Source: an uncultured bacterium | GTDB taxonomy: Bacteria > Acidobacteriota > Blastocatellia > Pyrinomonadales > Pyrinomonadaceae | DNA: 64,000 bases | NCBI GenBank assembly: GCA_965653675.1 | Contig: CBFHBA010000021.1 | Coordinates: forward strand, 2,386 to 66,385 | Direction of reading: 5' to 3' | In this document: positions 36,475 through 45,400 of the stretch, piece by piece | Position numbering within the stretch: position 1 is the first letter of the stretch | Layout: the number at the start of each line of letters is the position of its first letter | Position numbers and translations under genes: made by a program | The notes under the pieces: model-generated | What the model saw: only the letters and a program-made list of their open reading frames with translations | Told to the model about the DNA's origin: nothing | The model's database searches: none

Positions 36475-37212
36475 TCAATCACACATCACGGGTGACATTT
36501 GTGCTAAAGAGGCGAGCGCGTCGCTGTCGCGAATCCACATCAGATCCCGTTTGACATGGACGATCCCGTCGCGTTTCAGCGCGCTGAAAAGACGTGTCAC
36601 AGTTTCGCGTGACGCGCCGATTATTTGCGCAATCTCTTCCTGCGTCAGCCATATGCGAACGCGTATTCCTTCGTGGGTGACCTCCCCAAAATCACGACCC
36701 CAACGCGCAATCAGATGTGCCAGCTTTTCCAACGCCGATTCCGACAGCGCCAGCATGCGTGTGTGATCGATCAATTCACTGAACTGCCGGCTAAAGACCT
36801 CGAGCAGTTCCAGGCTGTAGCCATTTTGCCGAGAGATCAGATTCAGGAGGTCCTGACGCGAAATGAAATCGACACGCCCACCTTCCAACATCTCGGCGGT
36901 CGCCTCAAACGGCCGGCCCGTCAGACCGGCATAGAGCCCGAGAATGTCGCCGCCTCTCGCAATGCGGACGATTATCTTTTTGCCGTCGGCTGAAGAGATC
37001 GAGATCTTCGCGCGGCCTGATGACAGAACATAAACGCCGAGTGCGTTGTTGCCTTCGCGAAACACCACCGCGCTTCGCGGATAGATGCGACTGCGGGCTA
37101 CGCGATCAATGCCCGGCACAGCCCGCAAAGGTGAATTGAAGGGTAAGATTCGGGAAGCCGCAATTCGATTTTCACTCTCAGTCACTGCGGCTTGGCGCAC
37201 GACGTTCATCAT
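36475..37212 (-). CDS. Crp/Fnr family transcriptional regulator
   Basis: 245 aa with a cNMP-binding-like beta-roll (VFREGNNALGVYVLSSGRAKIS...) and a C-terminal HTH (TQEEIAQIIGASRETVTRLFSALKRDGIV). Confidence 0.85.
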   Translation of the reverse strand: MMNVVRQAAVTESENRIAASRILPFNSPLRAVPGIDRVARSRIYPRSAVVFREGNNALGVYVLSSGRAKISISSADGKKIIVRIARGGDILGLYAGLTGRPFEATAEMLEGGRVDFISRQDLLNLISRQNGYSLELLEVFSRQFSELIDHTRMLALSESALEKLAHLIARWGRDFGEVTHEGIRVRIWLTQEEIAQIIGASRETVTRLFSALKRDGIVHVKRDLMWIRDSDALASLAQMSPVMCD

Positions 37213-37339
37213 TCATCTCTCTCCACAGCAAGGGTCGTAAATCAAGAATTCTGGCTTAAAAAGAGCGGAATCCTTGCTGGCGCAAGAGCAAGATATGTGC
37301 CCGCGTCGTCTATCTAACTTAGGCGAATAATCACGCTCT

Positions 37340-37363
37340 AGCCCAAATTATTTGGGCTTTTTC
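37340..37363 (+). terminator. orphan terminator-like hairpin in the crp / cysteine-synthase intergenic region
   Basis: agcccaaat-ta-tttgggct followed by ttttt. No annotated plus-strand gene lies upstream. Confidence 0.4.
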
Positions 37364-37397
37364 TCCCAATTGTGGGGAACTTTCCGCAAACCTGAAC

Positions 37398-37413
37398 CTG
37401 TCATTTGTGACAG
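37398..37413. promoter_or_regulatory. perfect palindrome CTGTCA-TTTG-TGACAG upstream of the cysteine synthase gene
   Basis: 6-bp arms with a 4-nt spacer, about 70 nt upstream of ATG 37484. Confidence 0.3.
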
Positions 37414-37483
37414 TTCCCACCGAGAAATCGAGCGTTGTGAAAGGCATATCCGTTGCTGAGCAGGTGCAGGGCTTCGTGTAAGC

Positions 37484-38596
37484 ATGTCACAAGTGCTTAG
37501 TGTGAATGCGATAGAACCGCAGCCGGGGCTGAACACGTTCCGGCCGCGCGACGCATCGGCGCGCACCCGCAACCTGAAACATATGATCGGGAACACGCCA
37601 CTGCTCGCCATACGATATCTGTATCGCGGGCGGGAACGGGTGATCTATGCCAAAGCCGAGCATATGAACATGACCGGTAGCATCAAGGACCGGATGGCCT
37701 TTCACATTTTGAAAAAGGCTTATCAGGAAGAACGGATCAGGCCCGGCGACACGATCGCTGAAGCGACCAGTGGCAATACCGGAATTTCATTTGCGGCGAT
37801 CGGCCGCGCGTTGGGACACCAGGTCGTGATCTTCATGCCCGATTGGATGAGCGAAGAACGTGTCCATCTGATCAAGTCACTGGGGGCGAAGATCATTCCG
37901 GTGCGGCGTGATCAGGGCGGCTTTGTTGGCAGCATTCGCATGGCGCAGGGTCTGGCTGCTGAAAAGCCGCACGTGTTTTTGCCCGCCCAGTTCGCAAACG
38001 AAGCCAACGTCGAGGCGCACGAGAAGACCACCGGTCCCGAAATCTGGTGGCAGCTCTACTTCCATTCGCTCATCCCCGACGCCTTTGTCGCGGGTGTGGG
38101 AACGGGCGGTACGATCATGGGCGCGGGAAAGTTTCTGCGCGAGCGCAATCCGGAAATCAAGCTCTACCCACTTCAACCATCCGAATCACCGACGCTCTCA
38201 GCCGGACGAAAGGTCGGTCATCATCGCATCCAGGGAATCTCAGATGAGTTCATTCCGCCAATTCTGCAACTGGATCAGCTCGATTCTGTTGTCAGTATCA
38301 GCGACGGCGATGCGATCTTGATGGCTCAGAAACTGGCGGCTCAGCTTGGCCTTGGTGTCGGCATCTCCTCAGGTGCGAATTTCCTCGGCGCGATGATGGT
38401 GCAGGATGAAATGGGAGATGACGCGGTCGTCACGACTGTCTTTCCCGACGACAATAAAAAGTATTTGAGTACGGACCTGTTAAGGACAGAGAAACCGCGT
38501 GCAGATTATCTCGCGCCCAATGTCGAACTTCTGAGTTTCGAAGCCCTGAAGCGCGTCTGTTACACCTGTTTTGATGAAGAACCTACAGTGTTTTGA
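37484..38596 (+). CDS. cysteine synthase family PLP-dependent enzyme
   Basis: 370 aa with [16 protein letters not shown] (PLP lysine), SGNTGIS and GVGTGGTI blocks. Confidence 0.8.
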   Translation: MSQVLSVNAIEPQPGLNTFRPRDASARTRNLKHMIGNTPLLAIRYLYRGRERVIYAKAEHMNMTGSIKDRMAFHILKKAYQEERIRPGDTIAEATSGNTGISFAAIGRALGHQVVIFMPDWMSEERVHLIKSLGAKIIPVRRDQGGFVGSIRMAQGLAAEKPHVFLPAQFANEANVEAHEKTTGPEIWWQLYFHSLIPDAFVAGVGTGGTIMGAGKFLRERNPEIKLYPLQPSESPTLSAGRKVGHHRIQGISDEFIPPILQLDQLDSVVSISDGDAILMAQKLAAQLGLGVGISSGANFLGAMMVQDEMGDDAVVTTVFPDDNKKYLSTDLLRTEKPRADYLAPNVELLSFEALKRVCYTCFDEEPTVF

Positions 38597-38706
38597 CCAC
38601 ATCAAGTGGCCGGTATCACCTGCGTCAGCGGGATCAAAGATTCTCTTCGAGTTGAATGTCCGATCCATCTGCTGACGCTGATGGTCACTGACAGCTGTCG
38701 CGCTCG

Positions 38707-40767
38707 CTACGTAAATCCCAGCAAATGTCCGCCCTGATATGTAATTAGCGAAACGACATACGCCAGCACCAGCATGTAACTGACCATGAAGAGCGGCCAG
38801 CGCCAGGAGTTCGTTTCGCGCCGCACGATGGCAACGGTGGACATGCATTGACAGGCCAGCAGGAAAAAGAGAATTAGCGACAAGCCCGTGAGCGGCGTCC
38901 AGACGCGAGAGCCGTCCGGACGTCGTGCGTTCCGCATCGCATCGACCAGCGAAGACTTGTTTTCGGAATCGTCGCCGACGTTATAGACAATATTTAGCGT
39001 TGAGATGATCGTTTCGCGCGCAACAAACGACGTAATCAATCCCACGCCAATCTTCCAGTCGAACCCAAGGGGAGCGATGACCGGTTCAATCAAGTGGCCG
39101 GCCCGGCCCGCGAAACTGTTTTGGATTTGAGTGCTCGCCGCTTCTGACGCACTGCCTGTCTGTGATTTGGACATCCGCGGGAATGCCGCCAGTGCCCAAA
39201 ATAGGATCGACATCGCAAGAATCACTGTTCCGGCCTTGCGCAGAAAAATCGAGCAGCGGCTCAACAGTGCACGTGCGACATTGCGCGCATCGGGAAGCCG
39301 GTAAGGTGGCAGCTCCATCACAAATGGCGTCGGCGGCGCCTTCAGCACCGTTCGCTTCATCACCAGCGCAACCAGAATCGCCGCGAGAATTCCAAACAGA
39401 TACATCGCGAGAATGATGACAGCGCCGAGCGAGATGAAGCCGAGCACCGTTTTTCCTGAAAAGAGGGCCGCGATCACCAGCGTGTAGATCGGCAGACGTG
39501 CTGAACAACTCATAAACGGCGCAATCATGATCGTGGTGATGCGATCTTTCGGATGCTCGATCGTGCGCGTCGCCATAATGCCCGGCACGCCACACGCGAA
39601 GCTGCTCAGCAATGGCACAAACGCCTTGCCATGCAGACCAACGGCACGCATCAGCCGATCCATTAAGAACGCGGCGCGCGCCATGTAGCCGCTGTCTTCA
39701 AGCAGCGAAATGAACAGAAAGAGCAGCAGAATCTGCGGCAAGAATGCGAGTACGCCGCCGACGCCGGCGATAATTCCGTCCGCCAGAAGATCCGCAAGAA
39801 CGCCGGCCGGAAGATGCGTGCGCACAAGTTCCCCGAGGCCTGTGAATACCGAATCGATCAGCGTCATCGGCAAACTCGCCCACGAAAAGATTGCCTGAAA
39901 GACAAATAACATCACACACAGGAGAATCACGGGGCCGAAAATTCTATGGGTGACGATGCGATCGATTCGCTCGCTGGTTCTCGTGCGGCCGTCGTTTCTG
40001 ACGTTGACCGCGTCGGAGACGATTCGCTCGATTATCGCGTAGCGTCGAATCAGATTCGTCTGGCTCCTGGGAGCGCGGACGTCCTCGTCCGCATCATTCG
40101 CCGCGCGCGAGTCTGTTTCTGCGCGATTTCCTGGACTTCTTCTACGCGCTACGAAGTCTTTGCGGACGAGGACTTCCGCGTTCCCAGCATCCGACCTCCT
40201 TTTCACTTTCAGGACAGCGCGCGCTAAGTCATCCAATCCAACGCGCTGCTTGGCCACGACCGGAACTGCCGGAACGCCGAGTTCGGCAGTTAATTTTCGA
40301 ATGTTGATTTTCAGTCCCGAACGCTCGGCAAGATCGAACATCGTCAGCGCGATGACTACCGGTCTGCCCGTGTCGATCAATTGGGTCGCGAGATAGAGGT
40401 TGCGCACGAGGTTCGTCGCATCGACTACGACAACTGTCACATCAGGATCAGCCAGTTCAGGATGGCGACCCAGCAACACATCACGCGCAATTTGTTCATC
40501 GAGGGAAGTTGGATTGAGACTGTAAAGTCCCGGCAGGTCAATCAAAAGCGCGGGCGCCAAATCGTTGGCAAGCGACCATTCGCCGGTTTTACTTTCCACC
40601 GTGACGCCGGGATAGTTCGCAACCTTCTGCCTGAGGCCGGTAAGCGCATTAAAGAGACTTGTCTTGCCCGCATTCGGATTGCCGGCAACAACGATCGTGA
40701 ATTGCTTTGCTGAATGTAAGCCCGAAATGACTTCGGTGGCGTGACAACTTTCAAAGACGGCGCTCAT
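38707..40767 (-). CDS. feoB: ferrous iron transporter B
   Basis: 686 aa with an N-terminal G domain (GNPNAGKTSLFNALTG, DLPG) followed by a polytopic membrane domain. Confidence 0.9.
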   Translation of the reverse strand: MSAVFESCHATEVISGLHSAKQFTIVVAGNPNAGKTSLFNALTGLRQKVANYPGVTVESKTGEWSLANDLAPALLIDLPGLYSLNPTSLDEQIARDVLLGRHPELADPDVTVVVVDATNLVRNLYLATQLIDTGRPVVIALTMFDLAERSGLKINIRKLTAELGVPAVPVVAKQRVGLDDLARAVLKVKRRSDAGNAEVLVRKDFVARRRSPGNRAETDSRAANDADEDVRAPRSQTNLIRRYAIIERIVSDAVNVRNDGRTRTSERIDRIVTHRIFGPVILLCVMLFVFQAIFSWASLPMTLIDSVFTGLGELVRTHLPAGVLADLLADGIIAGVGGVLAFLPQILLLFLFISLLEDSGYMARAAFLMDRLMRAVGLHGKAFVPLLSSFACGVPGIMATRTIEHPKDRITTIMIAPFMSCSARLPIYTLVIAALFSGKTVLGFISLGAVIILAMYLFGILAAILVALVMKRTVLKAPPTPFVMELPPYRLPDARNVARALLSRCSIFLRKAGTVILAMSILFWALAAFPRMSKSQTGSASEAASTQIQNSFAGRAGHLIEPVIAPLGFDWKIGVGLITSFVARETIISTLNIVYNVGDDSENKSSLVDAMRNARRPDGSRVWTPLTGLSLILFFLLACQCMSTVAIVRRETNSWRWPLFMVSYMLVLAYVVSLITYQGGHLLGFT

Positions 40768-40784
40768 ACGATTGGCCAGGAGGA

Positions 40785-41015
40785 TTACTTCTCGTCGAGG
40801 GAAACGACGATTGACTTGGCTTCGGCGCGCCGCAGCGCGAGGTCATAATTACGTACGCAAACTTGAATCGGATCGCCGAGTGGCGCGCTCTTTATCATTC
40901 TGATCGCCGCTCCGGGCACCAATCCCATCTCCATCAGCCGCAGGTTGTGACTGTCGTCAGATTCAACCGCGACTACGCGTGCCAAGCCGTTTTTTGGAAC
41001 CATATCGAGGGTCAT
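40785..41015 (-). CDS. feoA: FeoA family protein
   Basis: 76 aa, LRLMEMGLVPGAAIRMIKSAPLGDPIQV, directly upstream of feoB. Confidence 0.85.
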   Translation of the reverse strand: MTLDMVPKNGLARVVAVESDDSHNLRLMEMGLVPGAAIRMIKSAPLGDPIQVCVRNYDLALRRAEAKSIVVSLDEK

Positions 41016-41045
41016 TTAGCTTCTCTCTTCCTCTTCGCTCTAAAA

Positions 41046-41072
41046 CGAAATTGAAACTGGCTTTCAATTTCG
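41046..41072. promoter_or_regulatory. perfect 11-bp-arm palindrome upstream of feoA (candidate metalloregulator operator)
   Basis: cgaaattgaaa-ctggc-tttcaatttcg, located 31-57 nt upstream of the feoA start codon. Confidence 0.45.
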
Positions 41073-41370
41073 GCACAGCCACTTGAGCAATTCGCAGGCC
41101 GCGTTTTATCCCCGTGAAAGCAGGATTTCGCAGTAGGAAAGCGCGACGAAGTGGGAATTTGTCCGCATGCTGTCCGAGTATTTCCGCAGTCAGAGCCCAG
41201 CAATTCGCGCCTTTATTCTCCTTAGCCTTTCTTTCATTGAGAAAAACCGGTCGAGACCAAAAAAGGCATGTTGGTTGCTTCGCAGTCGTGGGGATACCCA
41301 AGCTCGAGCGAGGAGCAGCGGCTTGCTGCTCAAAGACGCAGAGTCAGAGAGGACAGGGAGGTACGATGCC

Positions 41371-41754
41371 ATGACCAAAGACGACCGCGACCTTCTCGAT
41401 CTACTCAAAGATGAATTAGCTTTCATCAACCAGGGCGGATATGGCCGTTCGGTTCGTACGCCGTGGCTGCCAAAGTCGACCTTTCAGGACTCTCTGACCT
41501 GCATCAACTACGGTTATCCCTATCGCGCGCATCCGTGCAACGAATGTCACTTGCTGGATTTTGTCGCGCCCGATCATCAGGCGGAAGAAGTACCGTGTCA
41601 CTTCATCCCTTTGAATGAGACCGGAGAAACGATTGAGGAGTTGGAGCGGCAAAACGAACCGGCACGAATCGAAATGCTGCTCAAGAAGTGGCTGCAAGTG
41701 AGGATTGGGGAACTCGAAGCGCAAGCCACGACTGCTGGGCAAATTGTGAATTGA
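41371..41754 (+). CDS. small conserved Cys/His protein (paralog of 19754..20140)
   Basis: The ATG at 41371 is preceded by GGGAGG. MTKDDRDLLDLLKDEL..., sharing HPCNECHLLDFV and VPCHFIPL with the paralog. Confidence 0.65.
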   Translation: MTKDDRDLLDLLKDELAFINQGGYGRSVRTPWLPKSTFQDSLTCINYGYPYRAHPCNECHLLDFVAPDHQAEEVPCHFIPLNETGETIEELERQNEPARIEMLLKKWLQVRIGELEAQATTAGQIVN

Positions 41755-41940
41755 GACTGGCAGCCGATGAGTTAGACCGCGACTCGCGAGTTCCCCTGTA
41801 CGAACGAGTCGCCGTTCGAAGCCGACCGTGACGGCGTACTCATCAAAAAGGTTGCCACTACAAGGAAGGCTGACCGCAATCATAGATTCCACAAGGTCAG
41901 CACGACACCCATCCCCTGTGTGTCGAACCTTCCTTGTCGA

Positions 41941-41983
41941 GCCGCAGGCGGTTAGGCGAGGAACCGCCTGCGGCAAATTTTTT
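41941..41983 (+). terminator. rho-independent terminator
   Basis: Perfect 13-bp stem gccgcaggcggtt / aaccgcctgcggc with an 8-nt loop, followed by aaatttttt. Confidence 0.7.
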
Positions 41984-42097
41984 GAAAGAGCTTTCGTTAC
42001 GAGCGTGTCGGGAGCCCGCGTAGCAGCAACGGCAATTGATTGGGGCGCCTTTAACGGTCGCGTGCTTCCTGACACTGAGACGTGAAAGGAGATCGTT

Positions 42098-42475
42098 GTG
42101 ATGAGATCATCGCAGCAAATCACCACGCTGGGGTTCCGGTGGCTCGCACGACTCACCAGTTTGGTTAGCATCGGAACCATCGTCCTTTTTCTCCTCGCCG
42201 AACCGTTCAACCCAGCGAACGTCCGCCCAAGAGATTGGGTAGGTCTCGTTTGTTTCCCGATTGGCGTGATGATGGGACTAATGATCGCGTGGTGGAAAGA
42301 GGGGCTTGGTGCCGTCATTTCACTCGCGAGTCTACTGGCCTTCTACACAATCTTTGGATGGTTAATGGGAAGTCGTGTAGGCGGTCCCTGGTTCGTCATC
42401 TTCACTTCACCCGCGTTTCTCTTTCTTGTCGCTTGGTTTTTGTCCAAACGTAATTTCTCGGAGGTACCGGCTTAA
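42098..42475 (+). CDS. small four-helix membrane protein
   Basis: AAAGGAG lies upstream. 125 aa and hydrophobic. It stops 2 nt before the PFOR start. Confidence 0.5.
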   Translation: MMRSSQQITTLGFRWLARLTSLVSIGTIVLFLLAEPFNPANVRPRDWVGLVCFPIGVMMGLMIAWWKEGLGAVISLASLLAFYTIFGWLMGSRVGGPWFVIFTSPAFLFLVAWFLSKRNFSEVPA

Positions 42476-42477
42476 TC

Positions 42478-45400
42478 ATGGCCAATCGAATGGTGACCAT
42501 TGACGGCAACGAAGCAGCCGCTCACGTAGCCTTCAAAACCAACGAAGTAATCGCGATCTATCCCATCACTCCGTCATCACCCATGGGCGAATGGGCGGAC
42601 GAATGGGCTGCTAACAATCAGAAAAACATTTGGGGCATGACGCCGCTTGTCAGCGAACTGCAATCAGAAGGCGGCGCCGCTGGCGCAGTGCATGGTTCGT
42701 TGCAGACAGGAGCGCTCACGACGACGTTCACCGCCAGTCAGGGCCTCCTATTGATGATTCCCAACATGTTCAAGATCGCCGGCGAGCAGACGAGCACCGT
42801 GTTTCACATCGCCGCCCGATCGGTCGCGACGCACGCGCTCTCGATTTTTGGTGACCACAGTGACGTCATGGCGACGCGCTCGACGGGTTGGGGAATGCTG
42901 TTCGCGAATTCGATCCAGGAAGTAATGGACTTCGCGCTAATTTCCCAGGCCGCAACGCTCGAATCGAGAGTTCCCTTCCTGCACGTGTTCGACGGCTTCC
43001 GGACTTCGCATGAAGTAATGAAGATCGAAGAGCTTTCGGACGAACAAATTCGCACGATGATCGACGAACAGCTAGTCCAGGCGCATCGTCAGCGCGCGCT
43101 GACTCCCGATCGCCCGGTGATGCGTGGCACCGCGCAAAATCCCGACGTTTTCTTCCAATCACGCGAGCGCGCAAACTCGTTCTATACCGCGACGCCGCAG
43201 ATCGTCGCGAACGTGATGAAGAAATTCGCGGACGTAACCGGGCGCGAGTATGAATTGTTCGACTATGTCGGCGCCCCCGATGCGGAACGCGTCGTCGTCA
43301 TGATGGGCTCCGGTTGTGAAACCGCGCAAGAAACGGTCAATGCGCTAAGGGCGAATGGCGAGAAGGTTGGCTTGCTGAAAGTGCGTCTGTATCGACCGTT
43401 TTCAGTGGAACATTTCGTCACCGCACTTCCATCGACGGTGAAGACAATCGCAGTCCTCGATCGAACGAAAGAACCGGGTGCGGCCGGCGAGCCGCTCTAT
43501 CAGGACGTGATCACGGCGCTGCACGAGGGATGGCACGGGCGTCGCGCCCATGAAAATCACGCGCAGGATGCGCCTGCCACTTTGCCACGTGTCACAGGTG
43601 GCCGGTATGGCCTTGGTTCCAAAGAATTCACGCCGGCAATGGTGAAGAGTGTCTTCGACGAGACGTCGAAAGACGATGCGAAAAACCACTTCAGTGTCGG
43701 CATTGTCGATGACGTGACCTTCAACAGTCTGATTTTTGATCCGAACTTCACGACTGAGGCGAAGGATCAGGTGCGCGCGCTTTTCTGGGGACTCGGTGCA
43801 GATGGAACGGTCAGCGCAAACAAGAATTCGATCAAGATCATCGGCGAAGAGACGCCGAATTATGCACAGGGTTATTTCGTCTATGACTCGAAAAAATCAG
43901 GCGCGATGACGGTTTCGCACCTGCGCTTCGGGGCCGAACCGATCAAGAGCACCTACCTGATTCAACGCGCGAACTTCATCGCGGTCCACCAATTCAATTT
44001 CCTCGAACGCTATCAAATTCTCGATGCGGCTGAGGAAAACGCGACGCTCCTGCTCAACAGTCCCTTCGAAGCAACTGAAGTTTGGGACCAACTGCCGCGG
44101 CCGGTGCAGGAACAGATCATCGCGAAGAAAATCAAAGCCTTTTCAATCAACGCGTATCAGGTTGCGAAGGAAAATCTGCTCGGCAATCGCACAAACACGA
44201 TAATGCAGACCTGCTTCTTCGCAATCAGCGGCGTCCTGCCGCGCGATGAAGCGATTGCAAAGATCAAAGATTCGATCCGAAAGACTTATGGCAAACGCGG
44301 CGAGCCGGTGGTGCGCCAAAACTTCGCGGCCGTCGATTCCGCGCTCGAGCATCTACATGAAGTAGCAGTGCCAACTCAGGTGACCAGCAGCTTCGACATT
44401 CCCCCGGCGGTTTCGTCCGCCGCTCCTGAATTTGTTCAGCAAGTCACCGCCGAGATTATCGCGGGCCGCGGTGACAACCTTCCGGTCAGCGCCTTCCCCG
44501 TCGATGGCACTTATCCAGTCGCGACCGCGCAATGGGAGAAGCGCAACATCGCCCAGGAAGTACCCGTGTGGGAGCCCGACATCTGCATCGAGTGCGGCAA
44601 GTGCATGCTCGTCTGTCCGCATTCGACGATTCGCGCAAAGGTTGTGAAGCAGGACGACCTCGCAAATGCGCCCGCCGGATTTAAGACGATGCCGGCCAAA
44701 TGGCGCGAGCTTCCCGACTATCGCTACACGATTCAGGTTGCAGTTGAAGATTGCACCGGCTGCCAACTGTGCGTCGAGGTCTGCCCAGCTAAAGACAAGA
44801 GCAACGTGTCGCGCAAAGCCCTCAACATGGCGCCGCAACTGCCGCTGCGCGACAACGAACGTGTCAACTGGGATTATTTCCTGACGCTCCCCGAAGTTAA
44901 TCGCAACAACGGTTTAACTTTCCGTTCAGTCAAAGATGTGCAGTTGCTGCAACCGCTGTTCGAATTTTCCGGAGCATGTTCCGGCTGCGGTGAGACGCCG
45001 TACATCAAGCTTCTGACGCAACTCTTCGGCGATCGCGCGATCATCGCGAATGCGACGGGATGCTCAAGTATTTACGGGGGTAACCTGCCGACCACGCCGT
45101 ACACAACCAACCCGGAAGGCCGCGGTCCAGCGTGGAGCAATTCACTTTTCGAAGACAACGCTGAGTTCGGTTTAGGCATGCGTCTCTCATTCGACCATCA
45201 GCAGGCCTACGCGAAACAGTTGGTTGAGAAATACCGCCCGATGATCGGCGACGAATTTGCAAACGGTTTGCTTAACGGAAACCAGGAAACGCAGGAAGGT
45301 GTCGACGCAAAGCGCGAGCTGATCGAACAGTTGAAATCAAAACTAAACGGTCGTGGCGAAACTGAAGCGCGCGATCTGCTGGGCGTGGCTGACGCGCTCG

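Noticed and set aside
36445-36480. TGTGAT...ATCACA / TGACGGTGACGGTCA palindromic sequence considered as a Crp/Fnr site upstream of the decahaem gene.
   Set aside because: The half-site spacing (16 nt) does not fit the TGTGA-N6-TCACA or TTGAT-N4-ATCAA consensus. The sequence overlaps the 3' end of the crp-like coding region.
41757-41974. Possible ZTP (pfl-motif) riboswitch, because of GACTGGC near 41760 and ACCGCCTGCGGC in the terminator stem.
   Set aside because: Only two short fragments resemble my recollection of the consensus, the rest of the motif is not evident, and the downstream genes are not purine or folate related. The region is kept only as an unclassified structured segment.
41416-42318. 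300-aa minus-strand ORF.
   Set aside because: It overlaps the well-supported plus-strand small Cys protein, a strong plus-strand terminator and the plus-strand membrane protein. There is no SD sequence and the translation is low-complexity.
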